Virus record (IMG/VR): IMGVR_UViG_3300008952_000003
Coordinates: 32,001 to 96,000 of that record
Length of the DNA: 64,000 bases
Direction: 5' to 3' (one strand)
DNA from: a virus
Shown here: positions 9,102 through 18,815 of the stretch, piece by piece
How positions within the stretch are numbered: the first letter of the stretch is position 1
Layout: the number at the start of each line of letters is the position of its first letter
Program-made: the position numbers and the translations under genes
The notes under the pieces: model-generated
The model's input: only the letters and a program-made list of their open reading frames with translations
What the model was told of the DNA's origin: nothing
Database searches by the model: none

Positions 9102-10480
9102 TGACATCAAAAAGTATAAACAACAACACATCACTTGTCACTCCGGGCGCCCTTAATCGCAAGAATAGTAGGAGAAAAAAGCCATTTCGAGCCGAGTCTC
9201 ATGGCAAAGGAATCTGGCAAGTAAAGGAGTCAATAAACTCTTTTCTTGAATTTCTAACGAGCGGAGAGGAATTATCAGAACTTGTGGGACAAGTGGTGTC
9301 ACCACCAGTAGTCATCCAAGGCGCCGCCCTGATAAATAATTATGTGAGTAATCCGTCATCTGAAGAGTCGGTCAAACAGTACTTAAAGGTTTATGTTAGA
9401 ATACCACTGGAGCACATGGCCAGCCCCATTACAAATTCTCTCCTAGCCGCCGGCGCGAATGCGGTGAGTCAAGCATTTTTTCCGAATTTGAAGTTTTCTG
9501 ATGAGGTCCTCTCATTATTCTATCCCTACTTTTTAATGCCGCTTGATGACAATATGTCAGAACAACTTCCAAAAGTTGGTGACCAGGTGAGGGTTTCTTA
9601 TGATGATGCCCTTAAGACATACGGCCGCCTATTGGGGATAGAGAGTCGGTACGATGGGGTTACTGCTCCTTCTGATCCGAACAATCCAAACGCGGCACAC
9701 AATTCGGCAACGAGCGCCTTTAGCGACTTGTCAAGGCCAATTAGTAGTATTTTCAAGGCAGACCAGGGCCCCATCGCAAAGCTCTCAGACAATCCTGCAG
9801 ATATTTCAAATTTGTGCCCAGGCCCAGATATCACTTCGTCAAATGGTGATCTGCTTGAGACGGTGATAATCGATAATCGCCTAGTGAATATAGAGATAGC
9901 GCCACACTTGGTCTCTCTTTTGAGGGACGCTAAGGCCGCTGGCTCTCCAACTCGCCTCAATAGCGGGTTTCGAATCCCATTTGAAAAAGATAAACTCACC
10001 AAAGAGGAATTTAATGCCCTAACTCAAGGAACTCAGTGTGTCAACTGGGACGGCAATCCTTTACCACCGAGAACCAGAGATGATAAAACACAAGAAAAGC
10101 TAAGAGTGGACAACTGCAGTCCTCCCCCTCTGCAGCCGGGAGTATACTGCAATCCAGCAACCGCCCTTCCGGGCTCTTCTGGCCACCAACGCGGTACCGC
10201 AGCAGACATGAGCACTGGAATGGGAACCATAAAGTACTCAGCACCAAATAAGATTACGAAACAATATCGATGGCTATCCCTGAACGCCTGGAAATACGGT
10301 TTTATAAGAACAGTTAGTTCCGAACGGTGGCATTGGGAATTTAAGCCCGGCCTCGGACAATTTTCGATCGTATCTAGGGATAATCCACTTTGGGACTCTC
10401 AATTTAGCGGCCGAGCAGTGTATGACGAGGAAGAAGAATTCGTACAACAAGAACTGACAGCGAATTCGCTCTCCTCTTAA
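9101..10480 (+). CDS. Putative baseplate-hub/tail-associated peptidoglycan peptidase: gp5-like OB motif plus C-terminal M15 (D-Ala-D-Ala carboxypeptidase/VanY-like) domain
   Basis: LPKVGDQVRVSY (about 9566-9601); LNSGFR; SGHQRGTAAD (H-x6-D); RWLSLNAWKYGF; ERWHWEF (ExxH). Confidence 0.7.
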   Translation: MTSKSINNNTSLVTPGALNRKNSRRKKPFRAESHGKGIWQVKESINSFLEFLTSGEELSELVGQVVSPPVVIQGAALINNYVSNPSSEESVKQYLKVYVRIPLEHMASPITNSLLAAGANAVSQAFFPNLKFSDEVLSLFYPYFLMPLDDNMSEQLPKVGDQVRVSYDDALKTYGRLLGIESRYDGVTAPSDPNNPNAAHNSATSAFSDLSRPISSIFKADQGPIAKLSDNPADISNLCPGPDITSSNGDLLETVIIDNRLVNIEIAPHLVSLLRDAKAAGSPTRLNSGFRIPFEKDKLTKEEFNALTQGTQCVNWDGNPLPPRTRDDKTQEKLRVDNCSPPPLQPGVYCNPATALPGSSGHQRGTAADMSTGMGTIKYSAPNKITKQYRWLSLNAWKYGFIRTVSSERWHWEFKPGLGQFSIVSRDNPLWDSQFSGRAVYDEEEEFVQQELTANSLSS

Positions 10481-10490
10481 GGAAAATCGC

Positions 10491-11429
10491 GTGAAAAAAC
10501 TAAGACAAATAGAAAATCTCTCAGAACTACAGAAAGAAAAGACCGATATAAGCAATCCCTCGATAGGGATGAATAATAGTCACATTCCAGATTCTCATCC
10601 AAAGTTGGACCGCGCACCCAATTCTACAGTGATCAAGAATGACTATAGTGCCATGACGATATATGGTAAAGATCGCCCATCTAACGTGGGTTCTGGTTAT
10701 GGCGGCGCCGGATGCACAGCATGCGCCTCGATCGATACAATAGTTGGCCTCCAGTCAATGGCGCCCAACGGCCCAACGAACGATTCAATTGCAAATCCGA
10801 GCATGATGATGGATTCTGCTAGAATGTTGATATCTCAAATGTCAGATATAGACTATAATCTTGGAATTGTAGCTGGTAAGATAGGCGACTCAATCGGCGA
10901 ATCCGCCGCCCTCCTGAAAGCAGACGCGACCCGAATCGTCGCCAGATCCGGAGGGATAAAACTTGTTACTGGAACCGATCCCAAGAATTCTCTTGGAGCA
11001 AACCTGTATTCAACCCCCGGTATCGAACTTAATGCTGGAAATGACGATAAACGAAGAAAAGTAATAGGCTTGCAAAAGGAGGTGGAAAGTCTGCAGCCGA
11101 TCCCAAAGGGGGACAATCTGGTGCTATTCCTTGAGGGTCTGGTGGATAGGGTCGATAAGTTATCATCAATATTAGATGATTTTATGAAAACGCAAAGCAG
11201 CTACAACAAATTGCTTTCGGCTCATGTTCACATTACTACGATCCCTGGCGTTCCGACAACTCCATCCATCGAGCTTCTAGTTGGCACCCCGCTTGTTGGC
11301 ATAGTTAACACAGCTTTTGTAAAAATACCAAACCTAATGAATAGATTTAATCTGAGCACAACAAAGATTAATTATTTAAAAAATATCGGCCCAATCAACA
11401 TCAATAGTCGATACAACAGGACAACATAA
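10491..11429 (+). CDS. Putative baseplate central spike protein
   Basis: Beta-strand-rich LLKADATRIVARSGGIKLVTG; C-terminal coiled coil followed by SAHVH...PTTPS (HxH tip motif); position next to the gp5-like gene; GTG start. Confidence 0.5.
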   Translation: MKKLRQIENLSELQKEKTDISNPSIGMNNSHIPDSHPKLDRAPNSTVIKNDYSAMTIYGKDRPSNVGSGYGGAGCTACASIDTIVGLQSMAPNGPTNDSIANPSMMMDSARMLISQMSDIDYNLGIVAGKIGDSIGESAALLKADATRIVARSGGIKLVTGTDPKNSLGANLYSTPGIELNAGNDDKRRKVIGLQKEVESLQPIPKGDNLVLFLEGLVDRVDKLSSILDDFMKTQSSYNKLLSAHVHITTIPGVPTTPSIELLVGTPLVGIVNTAFVKIPNLMNRFNLSTTKINYLKNIGPININSRYNRTT

Positions 11430-14400
11430 TGCCCATTTCCGACAAAAACAAGAAAACTCAGAAGAAAAAGAATCCAAACGCTGCCATTCCAGACTGGACA
11501 AAAATGTGTGATAAGGCGGCATTTTTTAATGAGAGGGATAACGAATATTCTGTTGTTATTTTCGCTGATGAAGAAGCCGAAGATGAGATATTATCATCTG
11601 CATTGTTTGAGCTTTATGATCAAGAGGGACTGACGAAAAAGATTACAGCCTCTGACGTTAAAAAATATATATCAAACAAAGATATTGAAATAAAAGACAT
11701 CTTTGTCCCAACGAAAAACAATCAAAGCAAGAAAATATTGTGCTCGATTCCATTTAAAAAATATCAAAAAATAAGCGAACAACTGGGAAAAAAAGATAAA
11801 ACAGTTCCAGAATCAGATCGCGCTTTTCAAGAAGAAGAAGAGAATAGTGGATATTTTGTGGAAATTTCAAGACAAGATTATGATAAATATTTCAATGGTC
11901 TGGAGAACATATTAACGAAAGTTGGCAAGGATTATGAGTTTGCATATCGCGCTGGAAAATATAATGTTCCAAACCTGAGATTTTTGAGCGAAATAAAAAA
12001 ACTTAAGATTTTTAAAAAACAATTGGGGGATTTTCTAAAGGATAATGATGTCTCCATGAAAGATAAATCCCTAGACAAAATTGGGCTTCTATACAAGTCA
12101 GACCCAAAAGAGACGTACAGTAATCTTGGTTCAATATGGTTCAAAAATAAGACACAACCATGGGAAAAGACAGAAAAAGGATTCAAGGCATTCTCAACAA
12201 AGAGTCCAGCAAATGATAAAACAACACTAGCTTTCGTTCTAAACATGCCAAATATCAATAGGAAATACTCTTCAGAGAATTCTCCACCCTTTAGTCAGTT
12301 TATCGAGGATTATGTATATCCATCTAGAAACCCCAAGGACACATCCTCGCCAACGCTGAGTTCGAATAATAATGCCGGATATCAGCAAACAACGCCTGGA
12401 AACGAAGTAAAGGGCTATCTGACGAACTTTGGGCAATCATTCAATGAAAGTATCTCACCCGAGTTTGATACTGGTTATACGTGGGAACAGAAGAAGAAAT
12501 TAGACAAGACCCTGAATGATCCGGCAGTCCTCCGTAGAAGAACTCAAGATTCCCTCAATCGTGTCATCAAGACAGTCGACCCAATAGTTGACAAGATTCA
12601 GGACGCGCTTGAGATGGCCGAAGATTTAGATGATTTATATACAAATATTCTCAACCCACTCGGCACAGAAGGCCTAGCAGCACTATTATCCGAGGGCATT
12701 TTAAAGAAAATAAAGTCACTACCACTAGACAAAGTGATGAAGCAGACAGTATCGTCGATCCTGGCAGTCATACCAGATGAACAATTATACGAAATATACT
12801 CAAGCACTATCGGTGGCGACTTTTTGAGTGACATTGCGAAGCAGATTGAGGAAATCTTCGTGGATATTGCATGGCCAGAATTACATCCGGATCTGCCAAT
12901 TCCAAATATTGATGATCTGGAAATCCCAAGCTTGGTTCGCAATGGGATATTTGATCCCCTCTCCCTCCCTGCAGATGTTTGTTTGGGAATCCCAGGCCTG
13001 CAAAAAAATAAAGATTTTGAAAGAATAAAAAAGACTTTTGTACACATAGTCGAAAGAGACCTAGTTCCCCCGGGGGACTTCGTAGATTTAATAGAAAAGA
13101 CCGGTACAGCCGCCGATAAAGATGTCATCAAAAAGATATTTAAATTTAACTTAAACTTGAATCCAAATTCATCCATCTCCAGGTCATCTCGTGCATCTTC
13201 CGGCCCATCTACGGATTCTTCCCGAGGCCGCGCCTCCTCCAGAAGGGGTGGTACTCGCAGCAAAAACAACACAGACTCTATAGATACAAAATCTCATTAT
13301 ATAAAGAATAGAACCCGAAAAAAAGCAAAGTTAAACGATGTGACGCTCCCGTACATACCGGAAATACCTTCTCTAAGTTTGGGTGATTTTGGCAAAATAG
13401 CCATAAATATAGCAGAATCGAAGCTAGAAAAAATCAGCATGAAGATAATAAAGGTTTTGCTGAAAAAGGTATTATCGGCAATTTTTGGAGGCGCCAATGG
13501 AGCCAGCCCGGATGATATTGTTGGCGCAAAGCACGATAAAGTAAAAAATATTTTAAAGAGAGATTTAACTCGACCAGGAGCATCTGACAAAGAGGTGAAT
13601 GAGTCTATTAACAAACTATTGGGATCTTTTTCTATTTGGGACCCGACGAAGAAGAAACCAACCGATAAAGATGTCGGAGATTTTATCGATTCTATTTCTA
13701 TGTCGCTGAGCAATCAGCAGATTATAGACCTTTTTAGTGGCACAGCGAACAATGAGGCCCTATGTCAGGTAAGGCAATCCATAAACAGTCTACCAAATAG
13801 CAATATAGCGGACTCTTTGTCGTCCGACGGAGACATAGATAATATGTTCTCCAGTCTCGGAACGCTCATTGATAGAAACGCACTTCAGGCTCAAGAAGAC
13901 ATAGATTCGGTGCTAAATTCTCCAAGAATAACCACCGATTTGTGCAGTCTCCCCTCTCAGATTGAGGTTGCCAACCGACTCAAAGCCGCCGCCCTAGCGA
14001 ACAAGGGCCTTTCTCCAGATGAGATAAATAATCAACTGCAGAAAGCGGAGGATCTTGCACTAGAGGACCTCGGGGACCTGGTGAAAGCCCTCGCCAGCCC
14101 TGAAAACTTATTGGCAAATTTGGGAGACATCCCGATAAAACAGACCCCTGAAGGTCCCGTCGTTTCTCCAATATCAAGCGATCCACGAAATCCAGATGAT
14201 GGTCTATATCCCATGGAAGATGAATCTACATCCAAAGCCATATCAGATACATACGAAAATTTATATAATTCTATGAATACTATTGCGATTTCTGATATGA
14301 CGGTTGGGAACCCAAGCAACATCACTAGTCGAGGATTTTTAGATATGGTGTTGGCATCAAAGAAGGGGCGCCCATTTTCGAAGATAGCTGATGATTTGAT

Positions 14401-16579
14401 GGTTGATGAGGAGTTTACATTGTTCGGGAAACCTTCCCTTCCGGATACAATTTCCAATTTAGGAGGAGAAGACGGGACGTTGGTTTCTAGTTCCTTTGAC
14501 ATTTTTCGCTCTTCGCCATATAGGATTAGTAGCTTGTATAGTGGCGAAAATAATTATGATTTGACTCTGCAGTATGAGCTTGGAGAAAATTTGTTTTTCA
14601 ATGGAAGTGATTACAAAGAAGAGAAAGAGGTGGTCGTTAGGTATGAAAAAGACAGCCAAGTTGATGACTTTGTAGGTGATTTCTCCTCCACGAAGCGCTC
14701 ACCTTCGGACATTTTTGGCGATTGGGTGTCTGAGATATGGAGTGATCATCTGGGTGAGGATCTGGACGCCTCCGTAAAAGCAAACGTATTATCCTCCATA
14801 AAAACATATTCCGAAGACTCTCTATATAAGAGTGTTGTTGGATCGATGATTAGAAAGATAACAAAAAGAATGAGAGACAACGAGCGAGCCTGGTCTCCCG
14901 GAAATCCGGCAGACGACGTAGGTAAGCCAGAGAGGATCTTTTTAGACGAAGATGCTTACGGAGAAGAATCCTTCTATATCGACTTCGCCCCGACTTCAGG
15001 ATTTAAAAATTGGGTACAAATTTATACAGAAGTCGCGCAAATGGAGATTCTTGGTGACAAGCCCCCATTGATAGACTTTAGAGATTTAGCATCTAAGAGT
15101 CAAGAATATTTTGATAATATGCCTGATGATCCGAGAATCTCTCTGCCAAATATTCCGAAAATTAAAGAATCGCCATTTTGTAGAATAAACACTCGCCTAA
15201 ATAACGCCGGATTAGCCGGACTGATGAAATCAACTATCAGAGTATATTTATACGAAGCCCTTCTAAAAGGGACGCCAGCATTTCAAATTTACGCGATGGA
15301 TAATGATAACTATCGCGATGTATTTGTCTCCTATATTGTCGACAAGGTGCTGGAAGGGGTCCTGGATGAGAGTAGGAAATCCACAAAACTTATTCCAGGA
15401 ACTCTAGGAAAGAAGGGGTATTATTACTTATTTCTGGAACAAGTTGTTCAAAGTTATTCAAACTTAACCAATCTTGGCCTAGAGGAGCTAGATGTTGACA
15501 CGGAGAAATCTCTAGAATCCATAAAGAAGAGTTTAAAATTCTGGGATCCATCGGGAAATCGCAACAATAAATTCAAAGAATTTCTTGATGAAAGATTGCC
15601 AGATATAAAAACAATAATATCGAAAATGGTGAAAGAAGAGATGGAAGTCGTCTTCACCAAAACTGAAAATATTTATGATCCAAAAGTCAAAAACATTGTT
15701 TCAGATATGGTCATAAAAGAGGATTGGATTTTTGGATCGGTAGATACTGGGGTGCCTATTTTCGTACCATCTTCTACTACCGATGACTATCTTGGCGATT
15801 TGGATTTTATTTTCGAGACAGATGAGAAGAAAAATGAAGAAAAAAGTAAATATTTTTATCCATTTGTTCTGGAAAAATATGTAAAATTGGTCAACAAGGA
15901 GACCGGAACAACAACAATAGAGAGTCCGTCAACCATCAATCCCCTAGAGATAGACAAGTTTGATACCTTTGCAGGCACTCGCATTTCGATGGTGATGTCG
16001 GCTGACTTCTCTTCGATTTTTGAAATATCTGAAATCGCACCACTCAATACTATACTCTCTTCAAAATTTGATAAGATAAAATCATTTATCATTGAGGGGA
16101 AAAAGCAAACATACTACGTCTTTCCTATGGTATTTGAGGAGCAAGCCGCTACCCTGGACGACCTCGCTAATCAGGATTTATATGAGGAATTGGCAAAGAA
16201 GATGCGAAACAATAGCGAGTTTAAGACTTTGTTCGAAAAATGCTTTCCAATCTCTGATATCTTGACTTACTTGACTATTTATGTAATAGAAAACTTCATC
16301 GAATCTTTAACCCCCAGAGACACTATCTTTCCATCTGCTTTTGGCCTTTGGAACGGAGAGGTCCTGGAGATGAGCAAGAAATATCTTAAATCAACGTCGC
16401 AACAGTTTTATTATGGAAGAACTTCTGAGTTTATTGAACAAATATCTGCCGAAGTGAAGCCTGACAAGAAGATTGGATCTGGAATTACTGGGGGAATTAT
16501 GAAATCAGCACTCAACGAACTTGGTCTTACGAGAAAAGAAAAAAGAAATTTAAGACAAAAGCCAGATGATTTAGAATAA
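11429..16579 (+). CDS. Large hypothetical virion structural protein (1716 aa)
   Basis: Uninterrupted ORF between the spike-like gene and gp25; no recognised motif. Confidence 0.55.
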   Translation: MPISDKNKKTQKKKNPNAAIPDWTKMCDKAAFFNERDNEYSVVIFADEEAEDEILSSALFELYDQEGLTKKITASDVKKYISNKDIEIKDIFVPTKNNQSKKILCSIPFKKYQKISEQLGKKDKTVPESDRAFQEEEENSGYFVEISRQDYDKYFNGLENILTKVGKDYEFAYRAGKYNVPNLRFLSEIKKLKIFKKQLGDFLKDNDVSMKDKSLDKIGLLYKSDPKETYSNLGSIWFKNKTQPWEKTEKGFKAFSTKSPANDKTTLAFVLNMPNINRKYSSENSPPFSQFIEDYVYPSRNPKDTSSPTLSSNNNAGYQQTTPGNEVKGYLTNFGQSFNESISPEFDTGYTWEQKKKLDKTLNDPAVLRRRTQDSLNRVIKTVDPIVDKIQDALEMAEDLDDLYTNILNPLGTEGLAALLSEGILKKIKSLPLDKVMKQTVSSILAVIPDEQLYEIYSSTIGGDFLSDIAKQIEEIFVDIAWPELHPDLPIPNIDDLEIPSLVRNGIFDPLSLPADVCLGIPGLQKNKDFERIKKTFVHIVERDLVPPGDFVDLIEKTGTAADKDVIKKIFKFNLNLNPNSSISRSSRASSGPSTDSSRGRASSRRGGTRSKNNTDSIDTKSHYIKNRTRKKAKLNDVTLPYIPEIPSLSLGDFGKIAINIAESKLEKISMKIIKVLLKKVLSAIFGGANGASPDDIVGAKHDKVKNILKRDLTRPGASDKEVNESINKLLGSFSIWDPTKKKPTDKDVGDFIDSISMSLSNQQIIDLFSGTANNEALCQVRQSINSLPNSNIADSLSSDGDIDNMFSSLGTLIDRNALQAQEDIDSVLNSPRITTDLCSLPSQIEVANRLKAAALANKGLSPDEINNQLQKAEDLALEDLGDLVKALASPENLLANLGDIPIKQTPEGPVVSPISSDPRNPDDGLYPMEDESTSKAISDTYENLYNSMNTIAISDMTVGNPSNITSRGFLDMVLASKKGRPFSKIADDLMVDEEFTLFGKPSLPDTISNLGGEDGTLVSSSFDIFRSSPYRISSLYSGENNYDLTLQYELGENLFFNGSDYKEEKEVVVRYEKDSQVDDFVGDFSSTKRSPSDIFGDWVSEIWSDHLGEDLDASVKANVLSSIKTYSEDSLYKSVVGSMIRKITKRMRDNERAWSPGNPADDVGKPERIFLDEDAYGEESFYIDFAPTSGFKNWVQIYTEVAQMEILGDKPPLIDFRDLASKSQEYFDNMPDDPRISLPNIPKIKESPFCRINTRLNNAGLAGLMKSTIRVYLYEALLKGTPAFQIYAMDNDNYRDVFVSYIVDKVLEGVLDESRKSTKLIPGTLGKKGYYYLFLEQVVQSYSNLTNLGLEELDVDTEKSLESIKKSLKFWDPSGNRNNKFKEFLDERLPDIKTIISKMVKEEMEVVFTKTENIYDPKVKNIVSDMVIKEDWIFGSVDTGVPIFVPSSTTDDYLGDLDFIFETDEKKNEEKSKYFYPFVLEKYVKLVNKETGTTTIESPSTINPLEIDKFDTFAGTRISMVMSADFSSIFEISEIAPLNTILSSKFDKIKSFIIEGKKQTYYVFPMVFEEQAATLDDLANQDLYEELAKKMRNNSEFKTLFEKCFPISDILTYLTIYVIENFIESLTPRDTIFPSAFGLWNGEVLEMSKKYLKSTSQQFYYGRTSEFIEQISAEVKPDKKIGSGITGGIMKSALNELGLTRKEKRNLRQKPDDLE

Positions 16580-16592
16580 GGAAATATAAAAA

Positions 16593-16988
16593 ATGCCAGG
16601 AATATCGCCAAAATTGCCACTCACTATTGATAAGATAGACGGACCCTACAAACTAACGAAAACGGTAGAGGAGGCGATGGTTCAGAATTTGAAGATGATA
16701 ATATTGACAAATCCTGGTGAAAGAATGATGGATCCCTTCTTCGGCGTAGGGATTCGAAAGTTCTTGTTCGAACAGGGGACATCGGTTGTATATGGGGATT
16801 TAAGTTCGAGAATCTATGAACAGGTGGCGAAATACTTACCACAAATAAATATAAAAAACATAATATTCAATGAGTCGCCGCTTCTGGCATCCGATGAGAT
16901 GGTCGATAATAACATTTTATCAGTGTCTATTGAGTTCTCCATCAAGCCCGCTGCAAAAGTTAAAACATTAGTCGTTCCAATAACGTAG
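16593..16988 (+). CDS. gp25: Baseplate wedge subunit, T4 gp25-like
   Basis: QNLKMIILTNPGERMMDPFFGVGIRKFLFE...I...LP; 131 aa. Confidence 0.88.
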   Translation: MPGISPKLPLTIDKIDGPYKLTKTVEEAMVQNLKMIILTNPGERMMDPFFGVGIRKFLFEQGTSVVYGDLSSRIYEQVAKYLPQINIKNIIFNESPLLASDEMVDNNILSVSIEFSIKPAAKVKTLVVPIT

Positions 16989-16993
16989 GAGAA

Positions 16994-17001
16994 ACTAATT
17001 A
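16994..17001 (+). promoter_or_regulatory. Candidate phage late promoter motif ACTAHTTA (ACTAATTA) upstream of gp6
   Basis: The same octamer recurs in intergenic gaps at 32081, 38961, 46723, 48889 and 61340, with a near-match at 60270. Confidence 0.55.
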
Positions 17002-17018
17002 ATATAGGAAAAAAATAA

Positions 17019-18815
17019 ATGGCAAAAAAGAAAACACCAATAAATTATACTAGTAGAGATTTTGAGTCGATAAAGAGAGACTTGGTTAATCATGCCAAAA
17101 GAAGTTACCCTTCTGTATATAGGGACTTTAATGAGGCTAGTTTCGGATCTTTGATGCTTGATACTGTTGCCTATATTGGCGATATAATGTCATTTTATTT
17201 GGATTATCAAGCCAACGAATCCTTTATGGATTCTGCAGTTGAATTCAAGAATGTAACCAGACACGCCAGGCAATACGGATACAAAGATAACGGATATCCA
17301 TCATCAACCGGAATAGTGGAATTGTATTTGACGGTCCCCGCAAATTCTACCGGTCTCGGACCAGACTTGCGATACGCTCCAATCCTAAAGAGGGATGCTG
17401 AGTTTTCTTCTAATGGGGGCGCACCCTATCTTTTGATAGAGGACGTTAATTTTGAGAATCCAAATAACGAAATTATTGTAGCTAAAGTAAATAATTCGAC
17501 AGGTTTGCCTACTTCCTATGCAATAAGGGCAAAAGGACGAGTGATATCTGGAAAAATAGTGGCAGAAAACTTTCAGCTAGGTTCATATCAGAGATTTAGG
17601 AGAGTATTTTTGTCTATGCCAAGAGTAGCAGAAGTTTTGGCCGTTTTCGATGCCGATGGAAATGAGTATTATGAAGTAGAACACCTCTCTCAGGATGTAA
17701 TCTATAAAGACGTGACAAACAGAAAATCAGATAATGACACTGTTCCTTCTTTGATTCGCCCTTTTTCGGTGCCAAGAAGATTCACCCTCGAAAGAGACGG
17801 CATAAGTAGCTTTTTACAGTTTGGGTATGGATCGCAAGATGAAGCATCTTCAGAAACAGATATTGCTGAACCGTCCAACGTAGTTTTGCAGCTAAATGGA
17901 AGAGGGTATATATCAGATTTTAATTTCGATCCCTCCAAACTCTTGGAGACTGATAAGTTTGGAGTCGCTCCGGTGAACACCTCTCTAAATGTAAAATATA
18001 GGATCAACAAGGTTGATAATGTGAACTCTCCTGTTGGAACTTTAGTGAATGTTGGAAGTACAAACTTTTCCTATAGAAATGTCCGCCAACTAAACACAGG
18101 CCTTATTCAACAAGTGAATAAGTCTCTGGAAGTATATAATCCGACACCTATCGTCGGTGACGTCTCCAATCCAACATCGGAAGAATTAAAGATACGCACC
18201 TTGAATGTTTTTGCAACACAAAACCGCGCCGTCACAAAAACTGATTACGAATCTATGGTTTATGCAATGCCAGCAAAGTTCGGAGCAATCAAGAGATGCA
18301 AGATAACAAGAGACCCAGATTCATTTAAGAGGAATCTAAATTTATATATTCTGGCAGAAGACTCAAATGGGAACTTGACTATGGCGAACTCCACACTAAA
18401 GGATAATCTCAAAGTGTGGCTAAATAATATTAAAATGATAAATGATACTATTGACATCATCGATGGAAAAATAGTAAATCTAGCTATTGATTTCAAGGTT
18501 ATCGCAGACCCAGATAAGAACAAATATGATGTTTTGACCGCCTGTGTCAACGCTCTTAAGAAGAAATTTAATCAGCCGCTCTTATTGGGAGAGTCATTTT
18601 ACATCACAGATATTTATAATATCCTAAATGATGTAGTCGGGGTTGTTGACACACAGGGTGCCAAGGTTACTATCAAAAATGGGGCACTGTATTCGGATAC
18701 TCGCTTTAATCTAAACGATCAGAAGTCCGCAGACGGAAGATATATAAAAGCCCCAGACAATGTTTCTTTTGAAATCAAGTTTGCTGATAAAGATATTAAA
18801 GGGACTATTAAATAA
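17019..18815 (+). CDS. gp6: Baseplate wedge subunit, T4 gp6-like
   Basis: INYTSRDFESIK, DFNEASFGSLMLDTVAYIGDIMSFYLDYQANESFMDSA, QNRAVTKTDYE. Confidence 0.9.
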   Translation: MAKKKTPINYTSRDFESIKRDLVNHAKRSYPSVYRDFNEASFGSLMLDTVAYIGDIMSFYLDYQANESFMDSAVEFKNVTRHARQYGYKDNGYPSSTGIVELYLTVPANSTGLGPDLRYAPILKRDAEFSSNGGAPYLLIEDVNFENPNNEIIVAKVNNSTGLPTSYAIRAKGRVISGKIVAENFQLGSYQRFRRVFLSMPRVAEVLAVFDADGNEYYEVEHLSQDVIYKDVTNRKSDNDTVPSLIRPFSVPRRFTLERDGISSFLQFGYGSQDEASSETDIAEPSNVVLQLNGRGYISDFNFDPSKLLETDKFGVAPVNTSLNVKYRINKVDNVNSPVGTLVNVGSTNFSYRNVRQLNTGLIQQVNKSLEVYNPTPIVGDVSNPTSEELKIRTLNVFATQNRAVTKTDYESMVYAMPAKFGAIKRCKITRDPDSFKRNLNLYILAEDSNGNLTMANSTLKDNLKVWLNNIKMINDTIDIIDGKIVNLAIDFKVIADPDKNKYDVLTACVNALKKKFNQPLLLGESFYITDIYNILNDVVGVVDTQGAKVTIKNGALYSDTRFNLNDQKSADGRYIKAPDNVSFEIKFADKDIKGTIK

